This document shows positions 24,132 through 32,000 of a stretch of 32,000 nt of DNA, in pieces; position 1 is the first letter of the stretch; every line of letters starts with the position of its first letter. The DNA comes from Heliobacterium mobile (GTDB lineage: Bacteria; Bacillota; Desulfitobacteriia; Heliobacteriales; Heliobacteriaceae): the NCBI RefSeq assembly GCF_009720735.1, contig NZ_WNKU01000006.1, forward strand, positions 60,610 to 92,609. The letters are read 5' to 3'. A model generated the notes under the pieces. It was not told where the DNA came from, did no database searches, and saw only the letters and a list, made by a program, of their open reading frames with translations. The translations under genes and the position numbers were made by a program.

Positions 24132-25547
24132 ATGAACATTCGTAAAGGCTTCGTCGTGGCTCTAACTGTTTTTAGCCTGCTCACTGTACAAACCACCATG
24201 GCTATGGCCAAAAATGGTGGTGGTCATGGCGGCGGGAATAGTTCCTCTGGAAAAAGCCAAAGCCAATCCACCGCTGTAAAATCAAGTTCCAATGCTTCTA
24301 CCGCTTCGAAGTCCACGATAAACAAACAAACCAAAAATGCGAAAAAGACAGGTGAAGGTGCAACTCATCCTAGTCTCAAAGGATTGAATCGGGCCTACCT
24401 CAATGCTTCTCAAAATGGAGCAAGTCCCCGTGCGATCGAAGTGCTGAAACAGTTGATTGAGAGCCGAGGCGGAACCGTTCCGGTTCCAGACGATACAGGC
24501 GACACTACTGGCGGCAACACTGATACTTCCACTGGTGGTACTACCGGCAGCGGTTCCGATACTTCCACCGGCGATACTACCGATGGCGGCACCGATACTT
24601 CCAGTGGTGGTACTACCGACAGCGGTACTGGCACCTCTACTGGTGGCTCAACAGATAGCGGTACTGACACCTCTACTGGTGGCTCAACGAACAGCGGTAC
24701 TCACACCTCCACTGGTGGCTCTACCAGCAGCGGTACAGAAACTTCCTCAGGCACTACTACCGACAGCGGATCCGATACCTCCACCGGCGGTACTACTGGC
24801 AGCGGTGCCGATTCTTCCAATGGCAGTTCTACGGGCAGCGGCGAAACCAGCCAAACCACTACTCCGGTTACGAATCCGGAAACCGTGGCAGACCAACTCT
24901 CCACCATCGCGGAAGACCCTGCAGCTATCGCTGCCGTTTCTCAGGACGCTGAAGTAAAAACAGAACTGCAAGCAGTAGCTTCAGCTACATTGAAATCGGT
25001 TCCTGCAATGAAACCAACCAGCCAAGCCAAAGTACTAAAGAATGTGGCCAAATTCATGCAGAAATCCGGAGATCCCATGGCTGCCGTCGATGCCCTGGAA
25101 CAAGCCGCTAAAATCGATCCCAAGAATAAAGACACCATGGCCGAATTGAAAGCCGCCTGGAAATCAGCGAAAAAAGAAGGCATCAAAGTATACGTAAAAG
25201 GCCAAAAGCCGATTTTTGATGGAGTACAGCCGGTCATCGAAAACGGGCGTACATTGGTACCGGTTCGTGCGATCACAGAAGCCCTCGGCGCTACGGTTCA
25301 GTGGAATGCTGAGGAACAAAAAGTGACCATCACCCAAGACAACCAAGAGATCATCCTTACTTTGGGCTCTAACGAAGCGCTGATCAACGGCGAAAAAGTG
25401 ACGATTGACGTCCCCGGAAAAGTCGTCAACAACCGCACCTTCGTCCCCCTACGCTTTATCAGTGAGACACTGAAGAAAGATGTTAGTTTCGACCCAGAAA
25501 GTCAAGTGGTCACCATCGACGAATCCACTGAATCAACCAACGAATAG
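24132..25547 (+). CDS. Secreted protein with a Gly/Ser/Thr/Asp tandem-repeat region and a C-terminal copper-amine-oxidase-N-terminal-like 'stalk' domain
   Basis: Signal peptide MNIRKGFVVALTVFSLLTVQTTMAMA|K. The stalk-domain signature is PVIENGRTLVPVRAITEALGATVQWN...VVNNRTFVPLRFISETL. AAGGAGG RBS. Confidence 0.8.
   Translation: MNIRKGFVVALTVFSLLTVQTTMAMAKNGGGHGGGNSSSGKSQSQSTAVKSSSNASTASKSTINKQTKNAKKTGEGATHPSLKGLNRAYLNASQNGASPRAIEVLKQLIESRGGTVPVPDDTGDTTGGNTDTSTGGTTGSGSDTSTGDTTDGGTDTSSGGTTDSGTGTSTGGSTDSGTDTSTGGSTNSGTHTSTGGSTSSGTETSSGTTTDSGSDTSTGGTTGSGADSSNGSSTGSGETSQTTTPVTNPETVADQLSTIAEDPAAIAAVSQDAEVKTELQAVASATLKSVPAMKPTSQAKVLKNVAKFMQKSGDPMAAVDALEQAAKIDPKNKDTMAELKAAWKSAKKEGIKVYVKGQKPIFDGVQPVIENGRTLVPVRAITEALGATVQWNAEEQKVTITQDNQEIILTLGSNEALINGEKVTIDVPGKVVNNRTFVPLRFISETLKKDVSFDPESQVVTIDESTESTNE
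24489..24851 (+). repeat. About ten imperfect 36-bp in-frame tandem repeats, encoding the 12-aa unit D-T-S-T-G-G-[ST]-T-x-S-G-[TS]
   Basis: Read directly from the translation (residues ~120-240): DTSTGGTTGSGS / DTSTGDTTDGGT / DTSSGGTTDSGT / GTSTGGSTDSGT / DTSTGGSTNSGT / HTSTGGSTSSGT / ETSSGTTTDSGS / DTSTGGTTGSGA / DSSNGSSTGSGE. Confidence 0.9.
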
Positions 25548-25630
25548 CTTATAAAGGGACATACTGATTTCTCTGCTTCTAACCTTTAAGATATCCGACG
25601 GGTGCACCCGGAATATCCTGAAAATCTTTA

Positions 25631-25672
25631 GCGGTCCTATGCCATCAGTGGATGCCATAGGACCGCTTGTTT
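25631..25672 (+). terminator. Rho-independent terminator of the stalk-domain protein gene
   Basis: A 16-bp stem with one mismatch, gcggtcctatgccatc / gatgccataggaccgc, followed by TTGTTT. Confidence 0.7.
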
Positions 25673-25676
25673 CATA

Positions 25677-25790
25677 ATTGAAGATAATGCCGATGCCCAC
25701 TTAAAACGAACCATCATGGGCCGCGAGGTCGTCGTGGCAGTCACTGAAGGTAAACTAGACCTCGGACCGTGAGAGCAGATTTTTTCCAAT
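25677..25790 (+). pseudogene. Remnant of a YjbQ/UPF0047-family gene (internal fragment with an in-frame stop)
   Basis: My own translation gives [33 protein letters not shown]. This matches the family core (D..p.HiK.s.lG.s..vPv..G.l.lGtWQgI), with TGA (25770-25772) at the conserved Trp position. The N-terminal ~95 aa and the C-terminal end are missing. Confidence 0.6.
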
Positions 25791-25812
25791 GGCAACCAAA
25801 AAGATGACTCTA

Positions 25813-25852
25813 GAAAAAAGCCGACCCCTCCCTCTTGTCGTGGGGGTCGGCT
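25813..25852 (-). terminator. Rho-independent terminator of the YcdB/YcdC-like tandem genes
   Basis: Stem agccgacccc / ggggtcggct, followed by a T6 run on the minus strand. Confidence 0.8.
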
Positions 25853-25884
25853 TTCTCTTATGGGTTTATTTCATCAACTGCCCC

Positions 25885-27750
25885 TTATTTTTTGTACTGT
25901 ACGTAAGGGATTAATTCACCTGTGTAGGCATCGATGACACCGCTGGCCGCAGTAAAATCGGGAATATAGAAGAGACTCGGCTTAGGTGCTCTTTGGTCAA
26001 AAATTTTGGGCCAGATATACTTTTTCTCAAAAGCTAACTTCTGAAGATATGTTTCTTTGGCTTTCTCTAGCGTAACTACCGGTTTATCGAGGGGTAGTTT
26101 TTTTAAGTCGATCGGAAACGCATGGTAAGTAACAATATTTCCGGTGTACTTGTCGACGGAAACAAATCCAACCATCCCTTCAATTGGAATGCCGTTATAT
26201 AACGGATTAATAAGGAACGATATTCTATCTTCCATAACATCATTCTTCGAGATTTTTGTTTTATCCACCCATTCAGGGTATTCGGGACTCGTCAATGGGA
26301 CAAGGTCTATTACGCGTAAGCTTATCGTTTCCTTTGGCAAATAAGGCAGGATAAGCTGTATCGCCTTTTCTCGTGCCCTATCAATCGATATGGGCTGGGT
26401 TTTATTGTTCTTACCACCCTCTTGATAACGGATACCGACTAGACGTCCCGTGTCGGATTCTACTTCGACGGCAGCATAGCGAGGCAGTTCTGTCACTTCT
26501 TCCTTATTTCTGGAGGGATCCCTCTTCTCAATAAAATTGTAAGTGTGAATCTTAGGAATGTTTACGTTCACCGGTCCCGGTTTTTCATGTAGCTCATCGG
26601 TGATGTAATCGAGTTCGTTCAAAGGTAAACCAAATTCGGCTTTGACCTTCTTCCTAACTTCATCGACGGAGGCACAAAAAATGGCTTTTCCTTCTCCTTT
26701 GACCTGGACCGTTTTTTGCGGCGAGTCAGCTGTCGTAAAATTATAAAGCGTGGAATCCGGTTTTCCCGTAAAAGCATTTAATGGTGAGATAAATACATTC
26801 GGTTGATAGACTAAGCGCATTGGCTGACGACCTAAGACCGGATCGATCCCATTTCCGGGCTTGTTCAGATTCTCTTGCGGCATATAGAGAAGTTCCATTT
26901 TCATCTGGTCTGCGAAAGCTTTTTTTGCCGACTCTGGAGAAATGGCAGACGAAGGATCAGGGAAACGAGTCAGATCAATGTCCGTTTCTTTGGAAATGTT
27001 CATGCCAACGATATTTCCCGATCCATCCACATCAATGCTCCAAGGTCCACTGTTTTGTAAGGGGATTCCATGAATGCGCCGTTCAACAGCAACACGAGTA
27101 TATCTCCATGTGATTTGTTTTCCTTCATGGCTGACACTTGAGGCGCCCCCGCCGAAAGAATCACCCACCTCATAGTCTTTCATTTGGGTTTCGAACAGCT
27201 TCTCAAAAAACTCCGTAGCTTTTTCCTTTGCCAGGGAAGGGCTTGGATCTTCCAAACTGGCCCAGGACGGGTTTTGCAAGTGGAAAGATTGAGGGCTACC
27301 ATCTTTATCGTCGAAGGTAAAAGATACTTGGTATGCAACGGGACGGTCTTTTTCAGTTGCTCTCGGATCTATGTAGTGAACATACCATACTCTTGCTGCT
27401 TGACCGCTCTCTTCTTGATAGCTCGCTTCATGTTGCAGGTATAGTAATTTCATCTGATTAAGTTCCGGATAGAACTGGGAGATTTTTGCGATAAATTCAT
27501 CCATTTTCTTTTGAACCGGCCCCGGAGGTGTCTCCCTTTCTGGTGCCTGCCCTTCCATTTGGGAAGCGGTAGCTCTCGTTTCACTACCCGTAGATGCTCC
27601 AACTTGATTTTCCATTGCCAAAGCCGATTTAGCTTCCACTCCCGCTGGTGTATTGCCATATGCGGCAGTGGTCATTAACCCCGCCATAACTACGCCAGCG
27701 GTAAGCACACGAAACGACTTGCCGGACAACTGAGACAGAGGTAACTTCAT
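25885..27750 (-). CDS. Secreted multi-domain protein with repeated PepSY-like modules (YcdB/YcdC, DUF4901-like), paralog 2
   Basis: Signal peptide MKLPLSQLSGKSFRVLTAGVVMAGLMTTAAYG. There are three or more repeats of a module ending in D/N-A-x-TG (LNAFTGKP, VDKYTGNIV, IDAYTGELI). GAGGAGA RBS 7 nt upstream. Confidence 0.6.
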   Translation of the reverse strand: MKLPLSQLSGKSFRVLTAGVVMAGLMTTAAYGNTPAGVEAKSALAMENQVGASTGSETRATASQMEGQAPERETPPGPVQKKMDEFIAKISQFYPELNQMKLLYLQHEASYQEESGQAARVWYVHYIDPRATEKDRPVAYQVSFTFDDKDGSPQSFHLQNPSWASLEDPSPSLAKEKATEFFEKLFETQMKDYEVGDSFGGGASSVSHEGKQITWRYTRVAVERRIHGIPLQNSGPWSIDVDGSGNIVGMNISKETDIDLTRFPDPSSAISPESAKKAFADQMKMELLYMPQENLNKPGNGIDPVLGRQPMRLVYQPNVFISPLNAFTGKPDSTLYNFTTADSPQKTVQVKGEGKAIFCASVDEVRKKVKAEFGLPLNELDYITDELHEKPGPVNVNIPKIHTYNFIEKRDPSRNKEEVTELPRYAAVEVESDTGRLVGIRYQEGGKNNKTQPISIDRAREKAIQLILPYLPKETISLRVIDLVPLTSPEYPEWVDKTKISKNDVMEDRISFLINPLYNGIPIEGMVGFVSVDKYTGNIVTYHAFPIDLKKLPLDKPVVTLEKAKETYLQKLAFEKKYIWPKIFDQRAPKPSLFYIPDFTAASGVIDAYTGELIPYVQYKK

Positions 27751-27846
27751 TCATCATTCTCCTCACTTGTTTTTGCTTAAACGAGCCAAAGAAATCGCCA
27801 CTTCCTTTTTTCGAGTCTGCTTGGACTACGCTTTGAGGTATACCGT

Positions 27847-29625
27847 CTATTCTCCTTTATCGTTCTGATGGATCATCGTACCTGTGAATGCGTCGACGAT
27901 GCCCCCCGTCATGATCCAATCGGGTCGATAAATGAGGCTGGGTTTCGGTGCCCACTGCCCCAAATACTCGGGCCAGGTATAGTACATTTCTAGGTGACAA
28001 TTGTCCAGCGCAGCTTTTTTGGCTACTTCCTTCGACACGATATTCATCACATCAGGCAGCTTGGAAAGTTCCGGCAGAGATAATAAAAGAGATGTAACCT
28101 GTCCAGTGTATTTATCCAGGCTGATCGATGCGTTCATACTCTCTACGGGAATCCCTTGATGGATCAATGTGAAGCCGTAGGTATAGTTGTTTACGTCTAA
28201 AATATGCTTTGGAATCTTGTCGGTATCGACCCATTCGGGATGCTTGAAAATAGATGGATCACTGAGATCCGTTAGCTCCATGTCATAGTTTCCCTTCGGA
28301 ATATAGCGGCCGATCACATCTAACGCCTTTGCTCGTGCTTTCTCTACTGGAAAAGAGGTTATTCTACTACTGTCCGTTGGCTTGCCGTAAGCACTGAAAC
28401 CGACGATACGGCCAGTATCAGATTCGATCGTAAGGGAGATAGACAGTTCATCTTCTTTTTCACCCTGTTCCCCACCGTTTTTCTCGGACTTACTAGTCCA
28501 AAAATACCGTTGACGATGGGGTTGAGTATTTTCTTCTCGCCGGACATCGATAGAGCGGTTTTCTTCTAAGCCTTCTATATTTAAACCAAATTCTCTGGCT
28601 AGGACCTGAAGTCCCTTCGCCGCCGTAGGTGCGGTTAGAACTTGTCCTTTTCCTTGAATGTGCACCACTTGTTCATTGGGCTTGCCATCTTCCAAATGAG
28701 CCGTAGTGGCTTTGCCGGTGATGGCGTCGATACTCCCAGGGTAGTTTAAGACATAAACCGGGTGAAAGGTTTTTCGGCCCATAATCGGTAAGGTCGACGG
28801 CAGGCTCTTTTGCTGCATCAAGTCGATGAGTTCTTGTGGTACGTACTGAAGGTTCACCGCCAGGTTATCGGAGAACACTTTTTTAGCTGCCTCTGCGGAA
28901 ATGGCCTCTATCGGATTGGGAAAGTCTTTTGCATCAAAGTTGTTTCGCCCATCGCTATGGAAGCCAAAAACACGTCCAGTCCCGTCCACTGCAACGGAAT
29001 AGGTAGATTCCAGCAAGGGAATACCGTTGTAAAGCCGGTGAAATTCAATCATTTTCATCTGGTTGTTTTCAAAGAATTCTCTGGCTTGATACTCTTGGAC
29101 CGGCATACCCAAACCCTGCAAAAATTCAGACGCCTTAGCTTTGGCCAGATCCCATGTTGGCGCATGAAGGCTCTCTTTCTGCCAAGGAGGGCTGTTCCAT
29201 TCGAAGGAGATTAGACTGCCCTCTTTCCCATCCAAGACAAAGACCGCTTGATTGCTCGGAATAGCACTGTCATCCTTTCCCCCTTCTTCTGCTACCCCTT
29301 GTTCCCCATATGTCCACTCCCAAGTGCTCTCATGACCGTTGAATTTGAGATAATTGGGAACTTCCCGGTGATAAACCTTCGACTGGAGCTGTAGTTGCTT
29401 GAACTCCGGGTACACCGTAGAGATTTTAGCGATGATTTTTCCCATCTGGGACTCGACTTGAGGTGACCCTTGTTCGACCGGATTCGCCATAGTCACAGTT
29501 TGGGAAGTCTTACCGGATTCTGCTGACCAGGCCGGTAATGTTCCCGTCGCAATTGCCGATAGGACAACCCCAGTAGCGATGATCATCTGCGCTGATTTTC
29601 CTTTTATCCTGTCCACTAAATACAA
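27847..29625 (-). CDS. Secreted multi-domain protein with repeated PepSY-like modules (YcdB/YcdC, DUF4901-like), paralog 1
   Basis: It is colinear with the downstream paralog at roughly 30% identity by eye (IAKIS..YPE, DG.G...G, AIS.E.AKK.F, IDAITGKA, LDKYTGQV, KPSLIYRPD...IVDAFTG). The signal peptide ends in PAWSA|E. The real start may be GTG 29616, because GGGAGG sits too close to TTG 29625. Confidence 0.6.
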   Translation of the reverse strand: MYLVDRIKGKSAQMIIATGVVLSAIATGTLPAWSAESGKTSQTVTMANPVEQGSPQVESQMGKIIAKISTVYPEFKQLQLQSKVYHREVPNYLKFNGHESTWEWTYGEQGVAEEGGKDDSAIPSNQAVFVLDGKEGSLISFEWNSPPWQKESLHAPTWDLAKAKASEFLQGLGMPVQEYQAREFFENNQMKMIEFHRLYNGIPLLESTYSVAVDGTGRVFGFHSDGRNNFDAKDFPNPIEAISAEAAKKVFSDNLAVNLQYVPQELIDLMQQKSLPSTLPIMGRKTFHPVYVLNYPGSIDAITGKATTAHLEDGKPNEQVVHIQGKGQVLTAPTAAKGLQVLAREFGLNIEGLEENRSIDVRREENTQPHRQRYFWTSKSEKNGGEQGEKEDELSISLTIESDTGRIVGFSAYGKPTDSSRITSFPVEKARAKALDVIGRYIPKGNYDMELTDLSDPSIFKHPEWVDTDKIPKHILDVNNYTYGFTLIHQGIPVESMNASISLDKYTGQVTSLLLSLPELSKLPDVMNIVSKEVAKKAALDNCHLEMYYTWPEYLGQWAPKPSLIYRPDWIMTGGIVDAFTGTMIHQNDKGE

Positions 29626-29919
29626 AACCTCCCGTCTGTTCTAGAGAAATTGAACCCTATTCATGTAGGCCTGTGCAAAAGGAAGAGCAAATCACTACCC
29701 ACATACAGAAAAGAACAAAAGTTGAATGTACTAATTTACAGGAAACCACATCCTAAATATAGACGTTTCTGTATTTGAAATGGTTGCAAATAATTCTCCT
29801 TTCGACGATTCGAAAGGAGATCTCAAAATGAAGTATAAAGCGGTTCCCTTGATATGATATACTTGGAAAATCGAAAGCCTATTCATCGGATATTTATAAG
29901 TATTCAGGGGAGAGCCGCG

Positions 29920-31110
29920 TTGAAAACGAAAGCATATTTAGAGGAAGTCCAAATCCTGCGGGGGCTTGCATTCATCGGGGTGGCTTTTCAGCATACGCTG
30001 GGACCCTTTATGAATCAACAGGGGTTAGGTAAATCGGACGCTATCCTACTCACTATACTTTTCAATCTCGCCAAATTCGCAGTGCCCCTGTTCGTCTTTA
30101 TGACGGGGATGGTTATTTTTTATAATTACTATGACACGTTAGAGTACCCCAAGTTTATTGTACGACGAACGAAAGAGGTCATCATCCCTTACCTGGTCTG
30201 GTCACTCATCTATGTATTCCACGGAGTTCCTTTTCCACAAGACTTTCTGTTGTTTATCAAAGATGTGTCCCAAAAAATACTGACCGGTTCCACCTACTAT
30301 CACTTATGGTTTCTCGTCATGATCTACCAGTTTTACATAGTCTATCCTTGCTTTCGAAGCGTCGCCAAACAGTTAGAACCGCGCCTGCGTAGCGAAAAAT
30401 CCCTCATCCTGCTTATGGTATCCCTTGGAGCGGTATATTTGGGGCTGACGTGGCTCTCCTCTTCCGTCATCCCTCGCTTGGACAACCTTGGCGGTATGCC
30501 ACAGTTCTGGTCGTTCTTTTCCGAGTACCGCGATCGTACCTTCATTTTCTGGTTCTTCTATTTCGTCCTCGGCGGTCTTGCCGGCCTCACTGTGAACCAA
30601 TGGCGAAACTGGGTGGAGAAAACCTTTCTGGCGAACAGCCTCCTCTGCCTGCTGCTTTTCACACGGGTGACCTATGAAATGTGGATGCAATCCTATCCAA
30701 CCCCCGCTGGATATGTGGTCAATTTTAATGTGTCGACATCATTAAAGCCGTCTATGGCTCTTTTCTCCATCAGTGCGATCATCTTTCTCTACGGCTTGAC
30801 GCTGCGCTGGACCCAAAAGAGCAACCGAGTTATGGAGTATCTTGATCGGTTAGGGAAACATTCCTTTGGCGCCTACTTAGTGCACGCCTTGACCTTGGAA
30901 TATACGGCACGGGTGGTTTATAAGTTTATGCAACCCCTCGCCATCACCCCGAAGATCGTCATCATCCTCGCCGGTTGTGTAATCTGCGCCTATTATTTCT
31001 CCGTCCTCATCAGTCAGACCCCTTTGGCCGCTTATGTCGTCGGTTCGGGAGCAAAACGAAAAAACTCTTCCTCCGGTCCAAATGTTCCTCGTTCCACACC
31101 GTCAATGTAG
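29920..31110 (+). CDS. Acyltransferase family 3 (OatA/OafA-like) integral membrane protein
   Basis: The acyltransferase-3 N-terminal signature is EEVQILRGLAFIGVAFQHT, and there are about 10 TM helices. The start is probably TTG 29920 (GGGGAGAG RBS). The track start at 29854 adds a non-hydrophobic leader. Confidence 0.8.
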   Translation: MKTKAYLEEVQILRGLAFIGVAFQHTLGPFMNQQGLGKSDAILLTILFNLAKFAVPLFVFMTGMVIFYNYYDTLEYPKFIVRRTKEVIIPYLVWSLIYVFHGVPFPQDFLLFIKDVSQKILTGSTYYHLWFLVMIYQFYIVYPCFRSVAKQLEPRLRSEKSLILLMVSLGAVYLGLTWLSSSVIPRLDNLGGMPQFWSFFSEYRDRTFIFWFFYFVLGGLAGLTVNQWRNWVEKTFLANSLLCLLLFTRVTYEMWMQSYPTPAGYVVNFNVSTSLKPSMALFSISAIIFLYGLTLRWTQKSNRVMEYLDRLGKHSFGAYLVHALTLEYTARVVYKFMQPLAITPKIVIILAGCVICAYYFSVLISQTPLAAYVVGSGAKRKNSSSGPNVPRSTPSM

Positions 31111-31145
31111 CCGGTTTAATTGTTGCAAACAGTCCGATAAGCAAG

Positions 31146-31186
31146 AAAAGCCCTGCTCTATCCATTTGCGGTAGAACAGGGCTTTT
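31146..31186. terminator. Bidirectional terminator between the acyltransferase and hydrogenase genes
   Basis: Arms aaaagccctg and cagggctttt, with A/T tracts on both sides. Confidence 0.6.
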
Positions 31187-31249
31187 CTATATTTAGCATC
31201 GCCGAAGAAGACATTCCTCTTTTTGCTGGCCTAAACCAAGAACAACGGA

Positions 31250-31933
31250 TTAATCTTCACAGTGAAATTTATATCCGCTGATCATGGACGATAAAGTGCC
31301 GTTGCGAGCAAACATATCATGCCGGAGGGCTAGGTACAGGTGGGTAACGACGAAGGCTACGATTCCCCACGCCATCATCCGGTGCAGCATGTGCACGTTG
31401 AAGCTGGGGCCTAAGACGTTGAAGACGAATTGTAAATGTCCAAAGAAACCGTTCGGGTGAAGTTCCCCGTACATGGCAAACCCCGTCAAGGCCATAAAGA
31501 CGGAGCCTACCATGATGAATCCAAAATAGGCTAGGTTCGCCACCGGATTGTGGCCTAAGTACTCATCTTTATGGTGCTTGAGAAAGAGATAGCTGAGCAA
31601 TACATCAAAAAATTCGGCCCAGAAGGCTTTCTGCCAAGGCCAGTAGTGGCTGCGGGCATACTGGTTACCTACAAAGGCCCAATAGAGCCGAAAGAGGTAG
31701 TTCGCCATAAACAGGTAACCAAAAGCGATATGGATCATAAAGGCGTATCCCATGAAGAAGTTGGTCGCTGCTTCACCGGTGACGACGGTCGGACGTAAGA
31801 GGGGATTTCCAATATAAAGACCCGTTATCATCAGAAGAACAATGGAGAGGGCGTTCACCCAGTGGTAGATCCGCACCGGCAGTTCCCAGACGTAAACTGT
31901 ACGCAGGCATTTCAGATTCTTCATGTCCTTCAT
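31250..31933 (-). CDS. [NiFe]-hydrogenase b-type cytochrome subunit (HyaC/CybH family)
   Basis: 227 aa with four TM helices and the family N-terminus VYVWELPVRIYHWVNALSIVLLMITGLYIG. The haem-ligand His contexts are conserved. The AAGGAGGG RBS overlaps the upstream stop. Confidence 0.88.
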   Translation of the reverse strand: MKDMKNLKCLRTVYVWELPVRIYHWVNALSIVLLMITGLYIGNPLLRPTVVTGEAATNFFMGYAFMIHIAFGYLFMANYLFRLYWAFVGNQYARSHYWPWQKAFWAEFFDVLLSYLFLKHHKDEYLGHNPVANLAYFGFIMVGSVFMALTGFAMYGELHPNGFFGHLQFVFNVLGPSFNVHMLHRMMAWGIVAFVVTHLYLALRHDMFARNGTLSSMISGYKFHCED

Positions 31934-31945
31934 ACCGGTCCCTCC

Positions 31946-32000
31946 TTAGCGCAGGATTTCGACCTTGGTCGTCTCCTGGGTTTCCGTATCGACGAGGTGA
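31946..32000 (-). CDS. Partial CDS: C-terminal tail of the [NiFe]-hydrogenase large subunit
   Basis: My own translation of the minus strand gives ...HLVDTETQETTKVEILR*. This matches the His-plus-cleavable C-terminal extension typical of group-1 large subunits (compare H/VLGDDGSELISVQVR in HyaB). The gene position immediately upstream of the cytochrome b gene is consistent. Confidence 0.6.
   Translation of the reverse strand, partial: HLVDTETQETTKVEILR

Noticed and set aside
24410-24971. ORFs 24457..24957 (+), 24410..24670 (-), 24701..24907 (-) and 24747..24971 (-), and the possibility of a CRISPR array
   Set aside because: All are alternative-frame readings of the 36-bp coding tandem repeat. 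The units are contiguous with no unique spacers, are in frame within a signal-peptide protein, and no cas genes are present, so this is not a CRISPR array.

Overview
This is a chromosomal window of about 48% GC from an anaerobic, spore-forming, flagellated Firmicute. The taxon is an inference from gene content: prkA-yhbH, a [NiFe]-hydrogenase with cytochrome b, a double-cubane-type reductase, copper-amine-oxidase-like stalk domains and Gram-positive GGAGG ribosome-binding sites. I saw no rRNA, tRNA, CRISPR array, transposase or integrase. Coding density is high and most operons end in clear rho-independent hairpins. Recognisable content, in order: a partial Cache-like sensor; an MBL-fold hydrolase plus ATP-grasp pair; a minus-strand DUF342/FapA - STAS - PAS-PP2C - GHKL-kinase operon with no sigma factor; prkA-yhbH; an OmpR/HisKA two-component system plus a secreted Spy/CpxP-like protein; metNIQ behind a textbook SAM-I (S-box) riboswitch; a single-subunit 2-hydroxyacyl-CoA-dehydratase-like (double-cubane type) reductase with its ATPase activase; a divergent FliD-like protein opposite a yvyF-like gene; an orphan LL-H-type holin-like gene followed by a 32-codon hydrophobic ORF; a DUF218 protein; a nitroreductase; a secreted stalk-domain protein containing a 36-bp coding tandem repeat; a YjbQ gene remnant; two tandem, diverged YcdB/YcdC-like secreted paralogs; an acyltransferase-3; and the hydrogenase cytochrome b with the large-subunit tail. 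The best candidate for an undescribed system is the sigma-less partner-switching cassette headed by DUF342. Secondary candidates are the atypical FliD-like protein, the orphan reductase/activase pair and the envelope paralog cluster.
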